Part shown: one piece after another, positions 50,468 through 61,529 of the stretch | Layout: every line of letters starts with the position of its first letter | How positions within the stretch are numbered: the first letter of the stretch is position 1 | NCBI GenBank assembly: GCA_963662655.2 | Contig: CAXXTU010000002.1 | Location: forward strand, 2,048,001-2,112,000 | Length of the DNA: 64,000 nucleotides | Reading direction: 5' to 3' | Origin: Candidatus Cloacimonadales bacterium | GTDB taxonomy: Bacteria > Cloacimonadota > Cloacimonadia > Cloacimonadales > JAIOQZ01 | Notes under the pieces: generated by a model | Databases searched by the model: none | Told to the model about the DNA's origin: nothing | The model's input: only the letters and a program-made list of their open reading frames with translations | Program-made: the position numbers and the translations under genes

Positions 50468-52984
50468 TTATCGCAGGAGAACGATCTTCTTCACCAGCGA
50501 ACGCTCGCTGCTCTCGATCCGCGCGAAATAGATACCGCTACCAACTCTCTTGCCCGACTGGTCGGTTCCGTTCCACTGAATCATGTATCTGCCACCGGCG
50601 TCTTTCTCCGGTTTCCACGACTGGATTTTCTGCCCCTTCACGTTGTAGAGGCTAACGGTGGGTACTTTCGAGGATGCGATGCTCATCGAGATTCCGCTTC
50701 CGCTTGCAAGGTTGGTCGGATTCGGGAATATGTGCGCCGCAAGGAATTTCTCCGGCGTGGGATCAGGCTCGTCGCCGATGCTCTGGATGTTTATCTCCAG
50801 GGTGTTGGTCGAATAGGATTCACCTTGTTCTGTAATTGCTGCAATATAGTATTCATTATTGCCCGACGGCACTTCTACGTATGTCCAAAAACCTGTAAAG
50901 TCAAGCATCTCTTCAACATCGCCGTTTCGGTAGAGCCAATATCCCGTGAAAGGATCCGCCGAATCAAGGAACGGTGGGTCCCACATGAATAGGTAAAGAT
51001 TGTCATGCTGATGCCACGCAGTGAGATTCATGGGGCCTTCGTGATCCATGTCCCGGACGAAGCCCCAATAATTTCCTTCACAAAGCGGCATATAGCCTTC
51101 GCCGCCATTCAAGTAGCAGCCCTCGGCCTGGTAATCGTTTTCGAGACACCAGGATAAATACTCCTTCTCGTTCATGAGGCCGAAATCCTCTACGAATCGC
51201 CGCCGGTACAAAATTTCTTGGTTGTATTCGTAGTAATCGACAATTAACTCACCTGTTTCTCCATACGGTGTAACCAGGGCATTCAGGTAGTTGACCGTTA
51301 AATCGTCGCCCAAATCTGCAGAAACCCATGTATCTCCTGGTTCCAGATCATCGTTGCGAACCAACCAGCAAGTTTGTGCGATCCACAGGGTCTCGGGGAA
51401 GGTCGGTTCATAATCTACGAGACCGACAATCTGAACGCCTTCATCAGCATCGACCAGTAAATAGTCTTTCTCCCAGAAGATGAGGTGGGAGTATCGGTAC
51501 GGATAGATTTCCATGCCGTCGTGCGTGAATGGGGCATAGATTGTTCGGGAGATTGGTAACTCCTCAACAAACTCCCTGATGTCGATACCGGTGGTGATGG
51601 TTTCCTCTTCGATATGAAGAACGTCCGGATCGCTAATACCGTCGTATATACTCTTCAACGGGTTGTCCTCGACGTCCTCTTCAACGTACACGAAGTAGTT
51701 GCCGGCAAAGGGAACCGGTAGGAAATAGGTGCTATCGGAGGTTGAATGCCCGGTCGCGACGATGTCTCGGGTTTCCTCTTCCACGAGATAAACGTTAACT
51801 TCCGGATTCACCAGGTTGCTGACCTTCCCGGTAATAAAGGCTCTGGCCAGACAATCCGTCGTATAGATCGGATCGTAATCCACGGAACCGGTGATGGTTT
51901 CTTCGATCTCCGCCGGAATGACGGTACCCCAGAAGCAGTTTTCCGCCTTGATTTCGTGCGATGAACCGGAATAGATACTGTGGGTGGTCCCCGATCCGTC
52001 GATATTATCGTAGATTATATTGCGGCCTGTGCCGAGTGTGGTATTACCCAAATCCCCGTTCGCGTTGTTTATAATGTAGAATCCCGTATAGTTTCCGGTG
52101 ATGATGTTCTGGCTGAAGGTTGGATATGTCGTCGCGCCGTAGAGCATCACTCCCGCGCCGGAATTGGCGTTTCCAGGTACGAAATTGTTGCGGATTATGT
52201 TATTCTCGAAGTAACCGGAGGCATCGTAGAGATAGATGCCCGTCAGGTTTTCCTCGATCAGGTTCCCTCTGACGGTTGGGGAAATATCGCCGCTTGCGTA
52301 GATATCCCAGGCCGTTATCCCCTGCCAGACGTTGTTGTGGATGTGGTTGTCATAAATCTGCGGGTGGCAGATACCGCCATCGCTCTGGCAGGCCATCTGA
52401 ATGGCTGCTCTGGGCGATTCGTCCAGCGCGCACTGCGTGATCTCGTTATTCGTGATGATCGGATTGTGTTCGTAGATCATGATGCCGTTTTGCTGGCAAT
52501 TCTCGATCAGGTTTTCGTTGATGATCACCTCGGGCGGATTGGAGTTCCCCAGCCCGTAGACATGGATTCCCGTAACGTTGTTGTCGAAGTGGCAGTTGGT
52601 AATTTCCAGCTGCGTATTGAGGGTGTTGATTCCATTATCCGCGTGTTCGATATAGCAAAAGCTGAAGAAACTTCCCTGGCTGCTATTATCCAGCCGAATA
52701 CCGCCCCAAACACTTTCGTCCGGTGAATAAAAGTGAATAAGACTGGTCGCGGTTCCCTCTGCCGTGATGGCTCCTTCGACGTTGATGCGATAATCGCCCA
52801 TCGCTTCAACGTTCACACCGGGGTGGATCGTCAATGTGTTCCCGGCCGAAACCGTTATGTCGCCAACAACCTGGTAGGGATTGTTATCCATAGTCCATGT
52901 ACCGCTCTGATTTCCTGAGACGTCGGTACCGCTCAATATGCTGACGCATAGGAACACTGAAATCAATATCAAAGCCTTTTTCAT
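50468..52984 (-). CDS. Secreted beta-helix protein with C-terminal sorting-like domain
   Basis: Signal peptide MKKALILI, DVSGNQSGTWT..NPY, LTIHPGV, Asn-rich repeats, FPNPTN...SGIYFAR..KKIVLLR. Confidence 0.85.
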   Translation of the reverse strand: MKKALILISVFLCVSILSGTDVSGNQSGTWTMDNNPYQVVGDITVSAGNTLTIHPGVNVEAMGDYRINVEGAITAEGTATSLIHFYSPDESVWGGIRLDNSSQGSFFSFCYIEHADNGINTLNTQLEITNCHFDNNVTGIHVYGLGNSNPPEVIINENLIENCQQNGIMIYEHNPIITNNEITQCALDESPRAAIQMACQSDGGICHPQIYDNHIHNNVWQGITAWDIYASGDISPTVRGNLIEENLTGIYLYDASGYFENNIIRNNFVPGNANSGAGVMLYGATTYPTFSQNIITGNYTGFYIINNANGDLGNTTLGTGRNIIYDNIDGSGTTHSIYSGSSHEIKAENCFWGTVIPAEIEETITGSVDYDPIYTTDCLARAFITGKVSNLVNPEVNVYLVEEETRDIVATGHSTSDSTYFLPVPFAGNYFVYVEEDVEDNPLKSIYDGISDPDVLHIEEETITTGIDIREFVEELPISRTIYAPFTHDGMEIYPYRYSHLIFWEKDYLLVDADEGVQIVGLVDYEPTFPETLWIAQTCWLVRNDDLEPGDTWVSADLGDDLTVNYLNALVTPYGETGELIVDYYEYNQEILYRRRFVEDFGLMNEKEYLSWCLENDYQAEGCYLNGGEGYMPLCEGNYWGFVRDMDHEGPMNLTAWHQHDNLYLFMWDPPFLDSADPFTGYWLYRNGDVEEMLDFTGFWTYVEVPSGNNEYYIAAITEQGESYSTNTLEINIQSIGDEPDPTPEKFLAAHIFPNPTNLASGSGISMSIASSKVPTVSLYNVKGQKIQSWKPEKDAGGRYMIQWNGTDQSGKRVGSGIYFARIESSERSLVKKIVLLR

Positions 52985-53028
52985 GTTACCTTCAATATGA
53001 GTATGTTGCATCTATGTCAGTTTCTATG

Positions 53029-53745
53029 TTATTCCTTTATTTTCTCTTCGAATAAGTACTCGATTTTCGAAAGGTTGTCTCGAATGAACGATTGCGCGAT
53101 GAACTCGGCGAAGATATCGAGGATGATCAGCGCGTTGATGTGGGTGTCCTTCGCTCGTTGAGACTTTATACGTTTCATCAACGTTGTATTGACCTGATGG
53201 ATCTGGTCGAGATCGGTTGTCAACTCCTGAAGGTCCCAATCGGGCTTCTGCCCCTTTTTCTTGCGGAAGAACTGGCGAACGAGGTACATGGAAATCCAGC
53301 GGTACATGGTCTCTTCCAGCGATGCGAACGGGAGATGGAATCGAACCATCGGGCGCAACGTCGAAAGTACCGGGCAGCCGCAGGTGACAGTGAATATACC
53401 CATTATCGAACTAACACCCTTTTGGAGATCGATCAGTTGCAGGTAGGTTCTTTCCTTCGCTTCCACCCGAACTTCCGCTTTCTCGAAGGATACCAGATTC
53501 TTGAAATAATCGATGATATCCACCAAGCTCGCCGCCACCGGGCAATAGAGATGTTCCTCTTTCGTAAGTGTGCAATTGGGACACTTGTGGAACTCGAGCT
53601 TTGTCCAATCCGGTAGGTCCACGTAAGGCTCTCTTACGAGCTCAAGCGTATCCGGCTTGAGGAAGATATCGATATTCTGCATTTCTCCGTTTTTAAATAT
53701 GAACGTATATGTGAATTTAATTAGCTGCGGGGACATTGCTTGCAT
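53029..53745 (-). CDS. Conserved hypothetical protein (DUF6901-like, Cys motifs)
   Basis: PDWTKLEFHKCPNC, CPVA, GCP..LRPMVRFHLPFA. Confidence 0.75.
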   Translation of the reverse strand: MQAMSPQLIKFTYTFIFKNGEMQNIDIFLKPDTLELVREPYVDLPDWTKLEFHKCPNCTLTKEEHLYCPVAASLVDIIDYFKNLVSFEKAEVRVEAKERTYLQLIDLQKGVSSIMGIFTVTCGCPVLSTLRPMVRFHLPFASLEETMYRWISMYLVRQFFRKKKGQKPDWDLQELTTDLDQIHQVNTTLMKRIKSQRAKDTHINALIILDIFAEFIAQSFIRDNLSKIEYLFEEKIKE

Positions 53746-53891
53746 TTCATTACCTCAGTGTCATAGAACGCAATTAAATTATCAGTGTGTCAAGAAAGAA
53801 TTGCAATGCGTCTTTGCATCGCTCCTGAACGTTCGTGTTCGGAACTGAACGGCACAAACCAGAATTATCACATTTAAACCGAACTTGACAG

Positions 53892-53908
53892 ATGGCATGC
53901 GACTTGCA
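53892..53908 (+). promoter_or_regulatory. Sigma54 -24/-12 promoter of the second permease
   Basis: ATGGCATGCGACTTGCA, GG-N10-GC spacing with TTGC. Confidence 0.7.
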
Positions 53909-53984
53909 TAAATGATATAGGATGATTTTTGCTGAGAAGAGATGTCGGCGACAATCATTTGACTCAATTTTTACCGGAGGTCGG

Positions 53985-56351
53985 ATGTTTCGTAACTACC
54001 TGGTGATCGCTGTCAGGAACATTGTACGCTACAAGCTGCATTCGCTGATCAATATCATGGGATTGGCGATTAGCTTCGCCGTTTCGATCCTGATCGCGTT
54101 TTGGGTCATGCACGAGTACTCGTACGACAAATTCCACGAGCATATCGACAACATTTACCTCGTGCCGAGTTATGTTTACTATGGGCCTCAGAAGAATTTC
54201 AACACCGGCAGTCCCCCTGCTCTCGCCCATGCTATCGAAACGGAATATCCGGAGGTGATTCGGGCAGGACGTCTTTACAACAGCGATACGAACGTCCTGA
54301 TCCAGGTCGGGCAGGATTCCTTCAAAGAGAAGCTGAACTTCCTTGATCCAGCACTCTTCGATATATTCACGTTTCCATTTGTCAGCGGAGATTTCAAGGC
54401 CGGCGAGATAGATCCCTATTCCCTGGTTGTTTCGGAGACCATCGCGAAGAAATTGTTCGGAGACGTGAATCCGGTCGGGAAAACGGTGGATATCGACGAG
54501 AGGTTCACGTTTACCATTACGGGCGTCTTCCAAGATATCCCCGGGAACTCAACCATCACATTCTCGATGGCCGCGCCCATTATCTTCCTCGAGAATTATT
54601 ATGACAGAGAAGGATACACGCAAACGTGGTATAATTGCAGTTTCCGGTCATACGCCCTGCTGAAGGACAATTTCGATGTAGTGCCGTTTCTGGAGAAGCT
54701 TTCCGGGCGCTGCAAGGAATCGCGACCCGAGAGCGATATCGAGCCATTCCTCTATCCCTATAAAGACCTGTATCTCGTGTTGTACGGTTATTCACGATAC
54801 ACCATGATATTCATCAACATCTGCCTGTTCATTATCTTGATCGCGATGATCAATTTCGCCAACCTCTCGACGGCTTCCGCTTTGCGGAGATCGCGGGAGA
54901 TCGGAATTCGCAAGATATACGGCAGCAGCAGAAAAAGGCTCATGTTTCAATTCATTGGAGAATCGATTCTACTGGCGTTTTTATCTCTCTTCATCAGCAT
55001 TTTCCTGGTCGAGTTCACGCTACCGCTGTTTAACAACCTGACAAACGAGACCTTCTCTTTCAGGAATTTCTTCACTTTCAAACTGGGGTTGATCGGCTTC
55101 GGAATCACCCTCCTCACCGGGCTTCTGGCGGGAATCTATCCTGCTTTCTTGCTTTCGAGATTCAATCCGATTGATGTGCTGAAGAACCCGGATTTCCGTG
55201 TTGGAGGGAAATCGGTGCTGCGCATCATTCTGGTGATTACCCAGTTCATGCTCAGCTCCATTATGTTTATATCCCTCATGTTTGTCATGCAGCAAACCCG
55301 ATACATGATACATAAAAACTTGGGCTTCGATAAGGAAAACCTCGTTGTGATCCCGGTCGAGGGCAATTTGATCGAGCACGCCGAGACCTGGAAGCACGAT
55401 CTGGTGTCGCATCCGGACATCGCTTCAGGAACTCTCTCGTCTCACCTGCCTACCGGTATCTGGTACAACAGCTCCGGCTGGGATTGGGAGGGGCGTCCTG
55501 AAGACCTCGTTTTTCTCGTTACATTCCTTAACATCGATTACGATTACCTCAAGACGATGGACATCGACATGAAGTTGGGTAGCTTCTTCTCGCCTGAGAA
55601 AAACCCGCAAAATTCGTCGAATGTGGTTATAAACGAAGCTTTCGCAGAGAAAATTGGCGTGGAGAATCCGACGGGAATGACGCTTCACTATTCCGGCATC
55701 GACGTGACGGTGATCGGCGTTGTGAACAATTTTAATTACAAGACCCTCGAGTACGAGCTCGGGCCGCTATTGATGCAGTGCACCAACAATGAAGACTTGT
55801 TCGGTTCCATTAAATACAACTACCTCACTTTACGGGTGATAGATAGCGATATTCCCAAGACCATCGAGTACATCGAGAAAGTGACGCGGAAGTTCAATCC
55901 GAGCTACCCCTTCACCTACTTTTTCCTGGACGATCTCCTGCAGAGCCGATACAGAACAAGTCAGAGATTTATGCAGATGGTGGGAAGCTTCACGGTCTTG
56001 GCGCTCTTTATCTCCAGTCTGGGACTGTTCGGACTCGCTTCGTACATGACTCGGCAGCGCACAAGGGAGATCAGTATCAAAAAAGTTCTGGGGGCATCCA
56101 TCACACGCATCAGTCTTACCATGATTTTCGATTTCTGCAAATGGGTTCTTCTGGCGAATATTCTTGCGTGGCCCATCGCATGGTATCTGGTCCGCAAATT
56201 CCTGGAGGCTTATCCGTACAGGATTGATATCGGGCTCCATCCCTTTATGCTTTCGACCCTTATCACCTTCTTCATTGCGGCACTCACCGTAAGTTGGCAA
56301 ACCATCCGCGTCGCCTTTATGACGACAACAAAATCCTTGCAAAACGAATAG
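53985..56351 (+). CDS. ABC transporter permease, duplicated MacB/FtsX type
   Basis: MFRNYLVIAVRN, INIMGLA, INFANLSTA..RSREIGIRK, RTREISIKKVLGAS; GGAGG RBS before ATG 53985. Confidence 0.93.
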   Translation: MFRNYLVIAVRNIVRYKLHSLINIMGLAISFAVSILIAFWVMHEYSYDKFHEHIDNIYLVPSYVYYGPQKNFNTGSPPALAHAIETEYPEVIRAGRLYNSDTNVLIQVGQDSFKEKLNFLDPALFDIFTFPFVSGDFKAGEIDPYSLVVSETIAKKLFGDVNPVGKTVDIDERFTFTITGVFQDIPGNSTITFSMAAPIIFLENYYDREGYTQTWYNCSFRSYALLKDNFDVVPFLEKLSGRCKESRPESDIEPFLYPYKDLYLVLYGYSRYTMIFINICLFIILIAMINFANLSTASALRRSREIGIRKIYGSSRKRLMFQFIGESILLAFLSLFISIFLVEFTLPLFNNLTNETFSFRNFFTFKLGLIGFGITLLTGLLAGIYPAFLLSRFNPIDVLKNPDFRVGGKSVLRIILVITQFMLSSIMFISLMFVMQQTRYMIHKNLGFDKENLVVIPVEGNLIEHAETWKHDLVSHPDIASGTLSSHLPTGIWYNSSGWDWEGRPEDLVFLVTFLNIDYDYLKTMDIDMKLGSFFSPEKNPQNSSNVVINEAFAEKIGVENPTGMTLHYSGIDVTVIGVVNNFNYKTLEYELGPLLMQCTNNEDLFGSIKYNYLTLRVIDSDIPKTIEYIEKVTRKFNPSYPFTYFFLDDLLQSRYRTSQRFMQMVGSFTVLALFISSLGLFGLASYMTRQRTREISIKKVLGASITRISLTMIFDFCKWVLLANILAWPIAWYLVRKFLEAYPYRIDIGLHPFMLSTLITFFIAALTVSWQTIRVAFMTTTKSLQNE

Positions 56352-56376
56352 GACACTCGAGATCGGCACCCAACCA

Positions 56377-56558
56377 GCGCGGCGGGGCGGCGGGTGTGCT
56401 TCGCACACGATCCACTCCTCTTGCATGCGACCCCGCTTGCAAGAGGAGTGGATTAAAAGCCATTTCTCAGCGCTGCGACATGACTCGCCGACCGGATGCA
56501 ATTCGGGATGGACTGGCATGTCGCAGAGCGAAAGGGCTTTTCCGCCGCCCCGCCGCGC
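56377..56558. repeat. Four-way-junction structured element, family A, copy 3
   Basis: Stems 56377-56393/56542-56558 (17 bp perfect), GTGTGC-TTC-GCACAC, 56409-56429/56434-56454, AAAAGCC..CTGCGACATG/CATGTCGCAG..GGCTTTT. Confidence 0.85.
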
Positions 56559-56647
56559 GGACGTACGAGCAAATCCCGGATTGCAGCTTCTCTCAAAAAG
56601 AGAAGCGCGTCTTTCGACGCGCTTCGATATGATACGATTCTAATTAC

Positions 56648-59452
56648 TTACTGACTTGGGAATGCGTTGATCAGGAACGTCAGATGGAAGGTCGAAAGTG
56701 CGGTTCCAACAATCGTGAAAACGATGATTAGGAACTTGGCCGCGTCCTGTGCCTTCAGGGTACCCAAAGTCAATGGTTCCTTCGAAAGGTATGCCGAAGC
56801 TGCGTAAAGCTCTTCACCGATCAGCGTGTAGTCGCAAGTCGTGATGAAGAACGGAATCTGCGTAACCGCGTCCGTACCGGCGATCTGCACACAACCCGCG
56901 GCGTTCCCGGTCTCGGTCATGATCAACGCTTCCGCGAAGAACATACCCATGTAGAAGTTGGTTGCAGTCCGCTCACGAAGCATGATACCGTTCACGCCGG
57001 CAACGTACGCAAACTGGCGTTCCGCAATGAAGAACACGTCGTTGCTGTTGTACGCATCGGGACGACCGGCCTCATAGCAAGCTTCCTTCACGATTTCCTG
57101 CGCGACAGGAAGAACGATGTAGTCGCACACAGGAACTAGAATTCTGCTGTCGTACTCGGCAGCTCTTCTTGCCACGTGACCGAGGATGGAAAGCCCCGCC
57201 AGAGTCGCAACGTCATCGATCGAAGAAAGCCCTGGGACAAACAGCATCGGCCTGCCCATTTCGGTAGCGCGGCCGATCGCGTTGTCGATCTCGGCAAGAC
57301 CGGCAATAGGTCTCACGAAGAATTCTTTTCCGCGCCGTGCCATGAAAATGAACAACCACACAAAGAAACCGAAAAGCAGCGTTGCGATCAGCATCGGATT
57401 CTTGGTGGTGTCAAACCACTCCGATTTCGGGAAAAGGAAGGACTCACCATCGTGCGTGTAAGTCTCCGAAAGCGTGAAGCGTCCCTTGTCGTCGCTCTTG
57501 CAGAACTGATACTCGAAGCTTCTCTTCATCCTGTGACGGAACTCGGAGAGCATTCGCATACGAGCCTTGCCATTTTCGATCTGGTTCGCCTTGCTGATAT
57601 TGGGATCCTCATTCTGCATCCATATCAACGAGCGATAGTACTCCTCGGCTTCTCCGTAATAAGCTTTCTGTTCCTCCGTTTCGGCAGTTGCAACCGAATC
57701 GGCATAAGCGTCCGCTTCTTTCGTCCACTCGGCCATCGACTTCTTTACTTCATCGCCGAAGATCGTCGTTTCGACCATCGTTTTCTTATCGCGATTGTAG
57801 TATACTGTCAAACTCGGTGAAACCAGCAAGATGTCCTTATCAGCATCGAAACGATTCACCAACTTGAAAATGGAATCTTCATAAGGAATGTTATCGTCGT
57901 GGAAACGCTGGTATGGACTCAGCTTTTTCGCGGTACGGTAAACCACGTCCGCAGCGGCTCGTTTGTACAGCTTGTAAACGTAGTTCTGAACGATTTCGCC
58001 ATCAACGGTTAACGGCGCAATCTGGAAATCCTTGAAATCGATGTTGTAGCTTACATTCTGCGTAAGAACGTAATCCTCGGGAACAGCCGTCTTGCCAGTC
58101 TTCAGCTTCATTGACACCAGCAATCCCTTCTCGACCGTTTCATGGTCAGGAACCTTGATGCGAATGATGTTGTCCTGGTAAAACTCGTTCACGTGATCCA
58201 GTAGATTTCCTTCCGCGTCATACACGTCGAAGTAGATATTCTTGATGCGATAATTGTCGTTGATACTGATCTCGTAATTCAAGGTGACGACATCCTCGCT
58301 CGCATAGGAAGCGCTCGATATCTGCACCAATGGCTTTCCGAACACCAGTTCGTTGTACTCGCCCTTGTCATTCGCCTTGTCACGAATGGCAAACTCCGGA
58401 AGCGAGGGAAGCTTCTCGGAAGTTATCGTGTCGAGGGGTACAGGAGACGAGAAAGTCTCTCTTCCGTAGTAATCGATCAGCGAAATCACGAACATCCATG
58501 ACTTCTGCGGATCGTACACGACATCGATGCCGTGATCCTCATCGACAATCCTGCCATCTCTAACATCGACCTGCGCCAGGTCCATGGAAGAATATGGGAA
58601 CGCCGTCTGACGACGGAAGATCATTTGAGCCGGATTCTCCACGGTAAGCGTTGTATCGCCCTGAGCAGCCGCAAACTGGTTGAACTGAGCAACATTCTCC
58701 TGCTCAACCATGTAGATGCTGTGGTACTGGATGTCATCCTTGAATATCGGGAGTTCCCACTCGAACTGCAACCGGTTGGAATCGCTCACATACACGGCAT
58801 TGAGTTTGTGTATCTTCTCAGGGTAGTTATCCTCTGGTGAACCGCTTTCAATCCCGCATGGAGGATAGTGCTTACCCGATTTGTCCACAACGCCGACGGC
58901 GTAGTAGTACGTGTTCCCGGCAAGCAAAGTCGCGTACAGCCCGTCGAACTGGTACAATCCCAGTCCCGCGGAAACGTCTTCGTCTTCCCCTACGATCTTC
59001 TGAGCGCGGTAGTAAAACTCATCGTTGATGATCACGCCCAAAATATAGAAATGCTCCAGCATCGGCCCATACACGTTGATATCGCGCGGTATCTGCCGGT
59101 AGAACGGTGGATCGAGCTGCGTATCCGCCTTCATTGAAGCAGGGGAATACACGGACACGAAATCGAGGAAACCGCGATCGTAGAAATACATCTTATCGCC
59201 GCTTACACCGGTCTTCGCGTTCACCTCGATGCTTCCCATCAGGAAAAGGCTGTCGGGAGTGATTCCACGGTAGATTCGGTACTCGATGATCCGTTGTTCC
59301 TTGGGAAGCGGAGTCCAGCTCAGCATCAAGCCGGAGCCGTCATCGTTGGGAACATCTTCAATTTGTAAGTTTTTGACTTGGTAATCAGCTATGTCTATAG
59401 CGCATATTTGCATTGCTACAACCAGTAGCAGCGCACATAGAAGTCTTTTCAT
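56648..59452 (-). CDS. Signal-peptide, FN3-like periplasmic region and C-terminal DUF6754-like membrane domain protein
   Basis: DVPNDDGS..LSW; TM; RPIAGL..IDNAIGRATEMGRP, QFAYVAGV, QIPFFITTCDYTLIGEELYAASAYL, QDAAK. Confidence 0.8.
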   Translation of the reverse strand: MKRLLCALLLVVAMQICAIDIADYQVKNLQIEDVPNDDGSGLMLSWTPLPKEQRIIEYRIYRGITPDSLFLMGSIEVNAKTGVSGDKMYFYDRGFLDFVSVYSPASMKADTQLDPPFYRQIPRDINVYGPMLEHFYILGVIINDEFYYRAQKIVGEDEDVSAGLGLYQFDGLYATLLAGNTYYYAVGVVDKSGKHYPPCGIESGSPEDNYPEKIHKLNAVYVSDSNRLQFEWELPIFKDDIQYHSIYMVEQENVAQFNQFAAAQGDTTLTVENPAQMIFRRQTAFPYSSMDLAQVDVRDGRIVDEDHGIDVVYDPQKSWMFVISLIDYYGRETFSSPVPLDTITSEKLPSLPEFAIRDKANDKGEYNELVFGKPLVQISSASYASEDVVTLNYEISINDNYRIKNIYFDVYDAEGNLLDHVNEFYQDNIIRIKVPDHETVEKGLLVSMKLKTGKTAVPEDYVLTQNVSYNIDFKDFQIAPLTVDGEIVQNYVYKLYKRAAADVVYRTAKKLSPYQRFHDDNIPYEDSIFKLVNRFDADKDILLVSPSLTVYYNRDKKTMVETTIFGDEVKKSMAEWTKEADAYADSVATAETEEQKAYYGEAEEYYRSLIWMQNEDPNISKANQIENGKARMRMLSEFRHRMKRSFEYQFCKSDDKGRFTLSETYTHDGESFLFPKSEWFDTTKNPMLIATLLFGFFVWLFIFMARRGKEFFVRPIAGLAEIDNAIGRATEMGRPMLFVPGLSSIDDVATLAGLSILGHVARRAAEYDSRILVPVCDYIVLPVAQEIVKEACYEAGRPDAYNSNDVFFIAERQFAYVAGVNGIMLRERTATNFYMGMFFAEALIMTETGNAAGCVQIAGTDAVTQIPFFITTCDYTLIGEELYAASAYLSKEPLTLGTLKAQDAAKFLIIVFTIVGTALSTFHLTFLINAFPSQ

Positions 59453-59572
59453 ATACAACCTCGTAACAACATCATTTCGGGCTCATAGCCCGAGAACCGG
59501 AAGCATATTCAATGAATAACGGAGTGCCCACAGCGGGACACTCCGCATGAAATATGACAGCGGTTGTATCCG

Positions 59573-60172
59573 CTATTTTATCAGACCGAGCCAGTCTCCC
59601 ATCAGGAACTGGATACGACCGATCAGAAGCGAGATACGCGCCATAACGGTATAACCGAATGATGCGCCGAATCCGATCATCATGTACCAGACACCAATCT
59701 TGGAAACCTTGCCGTACCATCCGGTATGCGCCTTCGAGAAATAGAAGTACATGAGGATAGTTACCGTTCCGACGAAAATCAGAGCGGTGTTGATGTTGTC
59801 GATAGGCAGCATTGCGCTACGCATCTGAACCAGAACCTGCGCGTTCATCGAGAGAGGAACGAACATACCGGTGGAGCACATGAAGATAACCATCGGGTAG
59901 CGTGATAGCCAGCTCAGGTTTTTGCTGAAGCGCGTGAGATACAGGATACCGAGCAGAGTCGGAATCAGGATGATGTATTTATGCTGCAGGAATATCGGTG
60001 TGTAGACGTACGGCAGGTAAACCGAGTCGTAAATCAACGGAATCGCATATCCCATTGAGACACCGACGAACAGATGCTCCGCGAACCGGTAGAAGGGGTT
60101 GTCCTTGTACAGGAACGAGAAGATCGATAACGTCAAAAGAGCTGCTACTGTATTACTGACGAGTTCAAACAT
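59573..60172 (-). CDS. Conserved multi-TM membrane protein
   Basis: SFLYKDNPFYRFAEHLFVG...MIGFGASFGYTVMARISLL; about six hydrophobic helices. Confidence 0.85.
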   Translation of the reverse strand: MFELVSNTVAALLTLSIFSFLYKDNPFYRFAEHLFVGVSMGYAIPLIYDSVYLPYVYTPIFLQHKYIILIPTLLGILYLTRFSKNLSWLSRYPMVIFMCSTGMFVPLSMNAQVLVQMRSAMLPIDNINTALIFVGTVTILMYFYFSKAHTGWYGKVSKIGVWYMMIGFGASFGYTVMARISLLIGRIQFLMGDWLGLIK

Positions 60173-60183
60173 ATCTTCCTCCC

Positions 60184-61515
60184 TTATTTCCCAAGCTTTT
60201 CGCGGCGTTTCTGCAGGAAGAACCCTATGTTACCGAGGATGATGAACAGGATGATCATCAAGTGGGCAACCGTCTGGGCATTCATGCCGATACGAGCCAT
60301 TTTGAATTTGTAGAGGACGTTTTCGCCGGTGATCGTGATGCCCTCGTCGGCGTCTTTCACGATTTCCTTGCTGAAACGTCTCGAGTCGGGAATCAACATA
60401 TCGTCGCCGGCCATAACGTAGCGATCGAATCGATTGATCTTCTTCTCGTCACCGGTCTGCTTTTTTTCTTTCATCGCCTTGGTGATGTAGAAACCTTCGT
60501 CGTTTCTTACCAGGTTGGTGCCATCGACCTTTACCAGGTTACCACCAAAGTCGCGAACGCGACGAGCATTCTCAGAGAGGACAACGTTTCCGTTTTCATC
60601 TTTGATATGGAAGCCGTCCTTACGTTCGTAGATGCTCATGCCGACTTCGTCGAAGGTCTTGTCTTCGATGCGGCCCATGAACTGAGGCTTTTTCACCTTT
60701 ACCAGATTTCCGTCGTAATCGCGGATAAGGTTCTTGCCGGTAGCTTCGAGTTTGTGGTTGGCAAACACGTCAACCAGCTCTTCGTACTCGGCAGCGCCCT
60801 TGAGACCGCCGAGGATACCCACGAGCTGGCCTGTCTGAATGTAGGGATACTGGTCGGCAGCCATAACGGCGGTGATACCCGCGGCAACCTTCGCGCCGAA
60901 GCGTGCACGGGCGAATGTGTACCATGTACCGCCGGCAGAGGATGCCGAGAACTCGATGATGAAGTTCATCTCGTTGTAGTTGGTGATATCCTTCATGGCA
61001 TCGAGGTTTTCAATGTTGCGACCCTCGGCGTCCGTTTCCACGGCCTTGGCGATGTTGTCGCCCATACCGAGAACGATCGGCATGTAAAGGGCGGCGGGTT
61101 TGTAGCCGAAGTTGATATAGTCTTCACCCGATTTGATGTTCGGGAATTCTTCTTTCACGGTGGTGATCGCGAAGTCCATCAGCGGAGAAGCGACCGGAGT
61201 GAAGCAGAGTGTGAAGACGCGAACTTTACGCAGGAAGCAGTGACGCAATACGGAGACTTCCATCGGGAAGAGCTCCGGCATGGTTCCGGCATCGTGCGAG
61301 AACACGAGAAGAACGGCCTTTTCCTGGAATTCCTTTTCACCTTCCTCGGTGATCCGGCCGGCGTAGGAATCGATAAGCTGATAGATGTTCTCCACCGGCT
61401 CCGTCGTGTAGGTACGCTGGTTGAACGGAATCAGGAACGGAATAATGATAGCGAGCGCGACCACGATATAGATGTATCGTCTATCGAGGTGTTGAAGTTT
61501 GTCGAATAAGTTCAT
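60184..61515 (-). CDS. Membrane-anchored conserved protein with a large repeat-containing insertion
   Basis: DRRYIY TM, DYINFGYKP, TAVMAAD.YPY..TGQL.G..GGLKGAAEYE, AQTVAHL..ILGNI; AAGGAGG RBS before ATG 61515. Confidence 0.82.
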   Translation of the reverse strand: MNLFDKLQHLDRRYIYIVVALAIIIPFLIPFNQRTYTTEPVENIYQLIDSYAGRITEEGEKEFQEKAVLLVFSHDAGTMPELFPMEVSVLRHCFLRKVRVFTLCFTPVASPLMDFAITTVKEEFPNIKSGEDYINFGYKPAALYMPIVLGMGDNIAKAVETDAEGRNIENLDAMKDITNYNEMNFIIEFSASSAGGTWYTFARARFGAKVAAGITAVMAADQYPYIQTGQLVGILGGLKGAAEYEELVDVFANHKLEATGKNLIRDYDGNLVKVKKPQFMGRIEDKTFDEVGMSIYERKDGFHIKDENGNVVLSENARRVRDFGGNLVKVDGTNLVRNDEGFYITKAMKEKKQTGDEKKINRFDRYVMAGDDMLIPDSRRFSKEIVKDADEGITITGENVLYKFKMARIGMNAQTVAHLMIILFIILGNIGFFLQKRREKLGK

Positions 61516-61529
61516 GGTTCCCCTCCTTA

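Noticed and set aside
60262..61509. 415-aa plus-strand ORF
   Set aside because: Antisense to a conserved membrane-cluster gene
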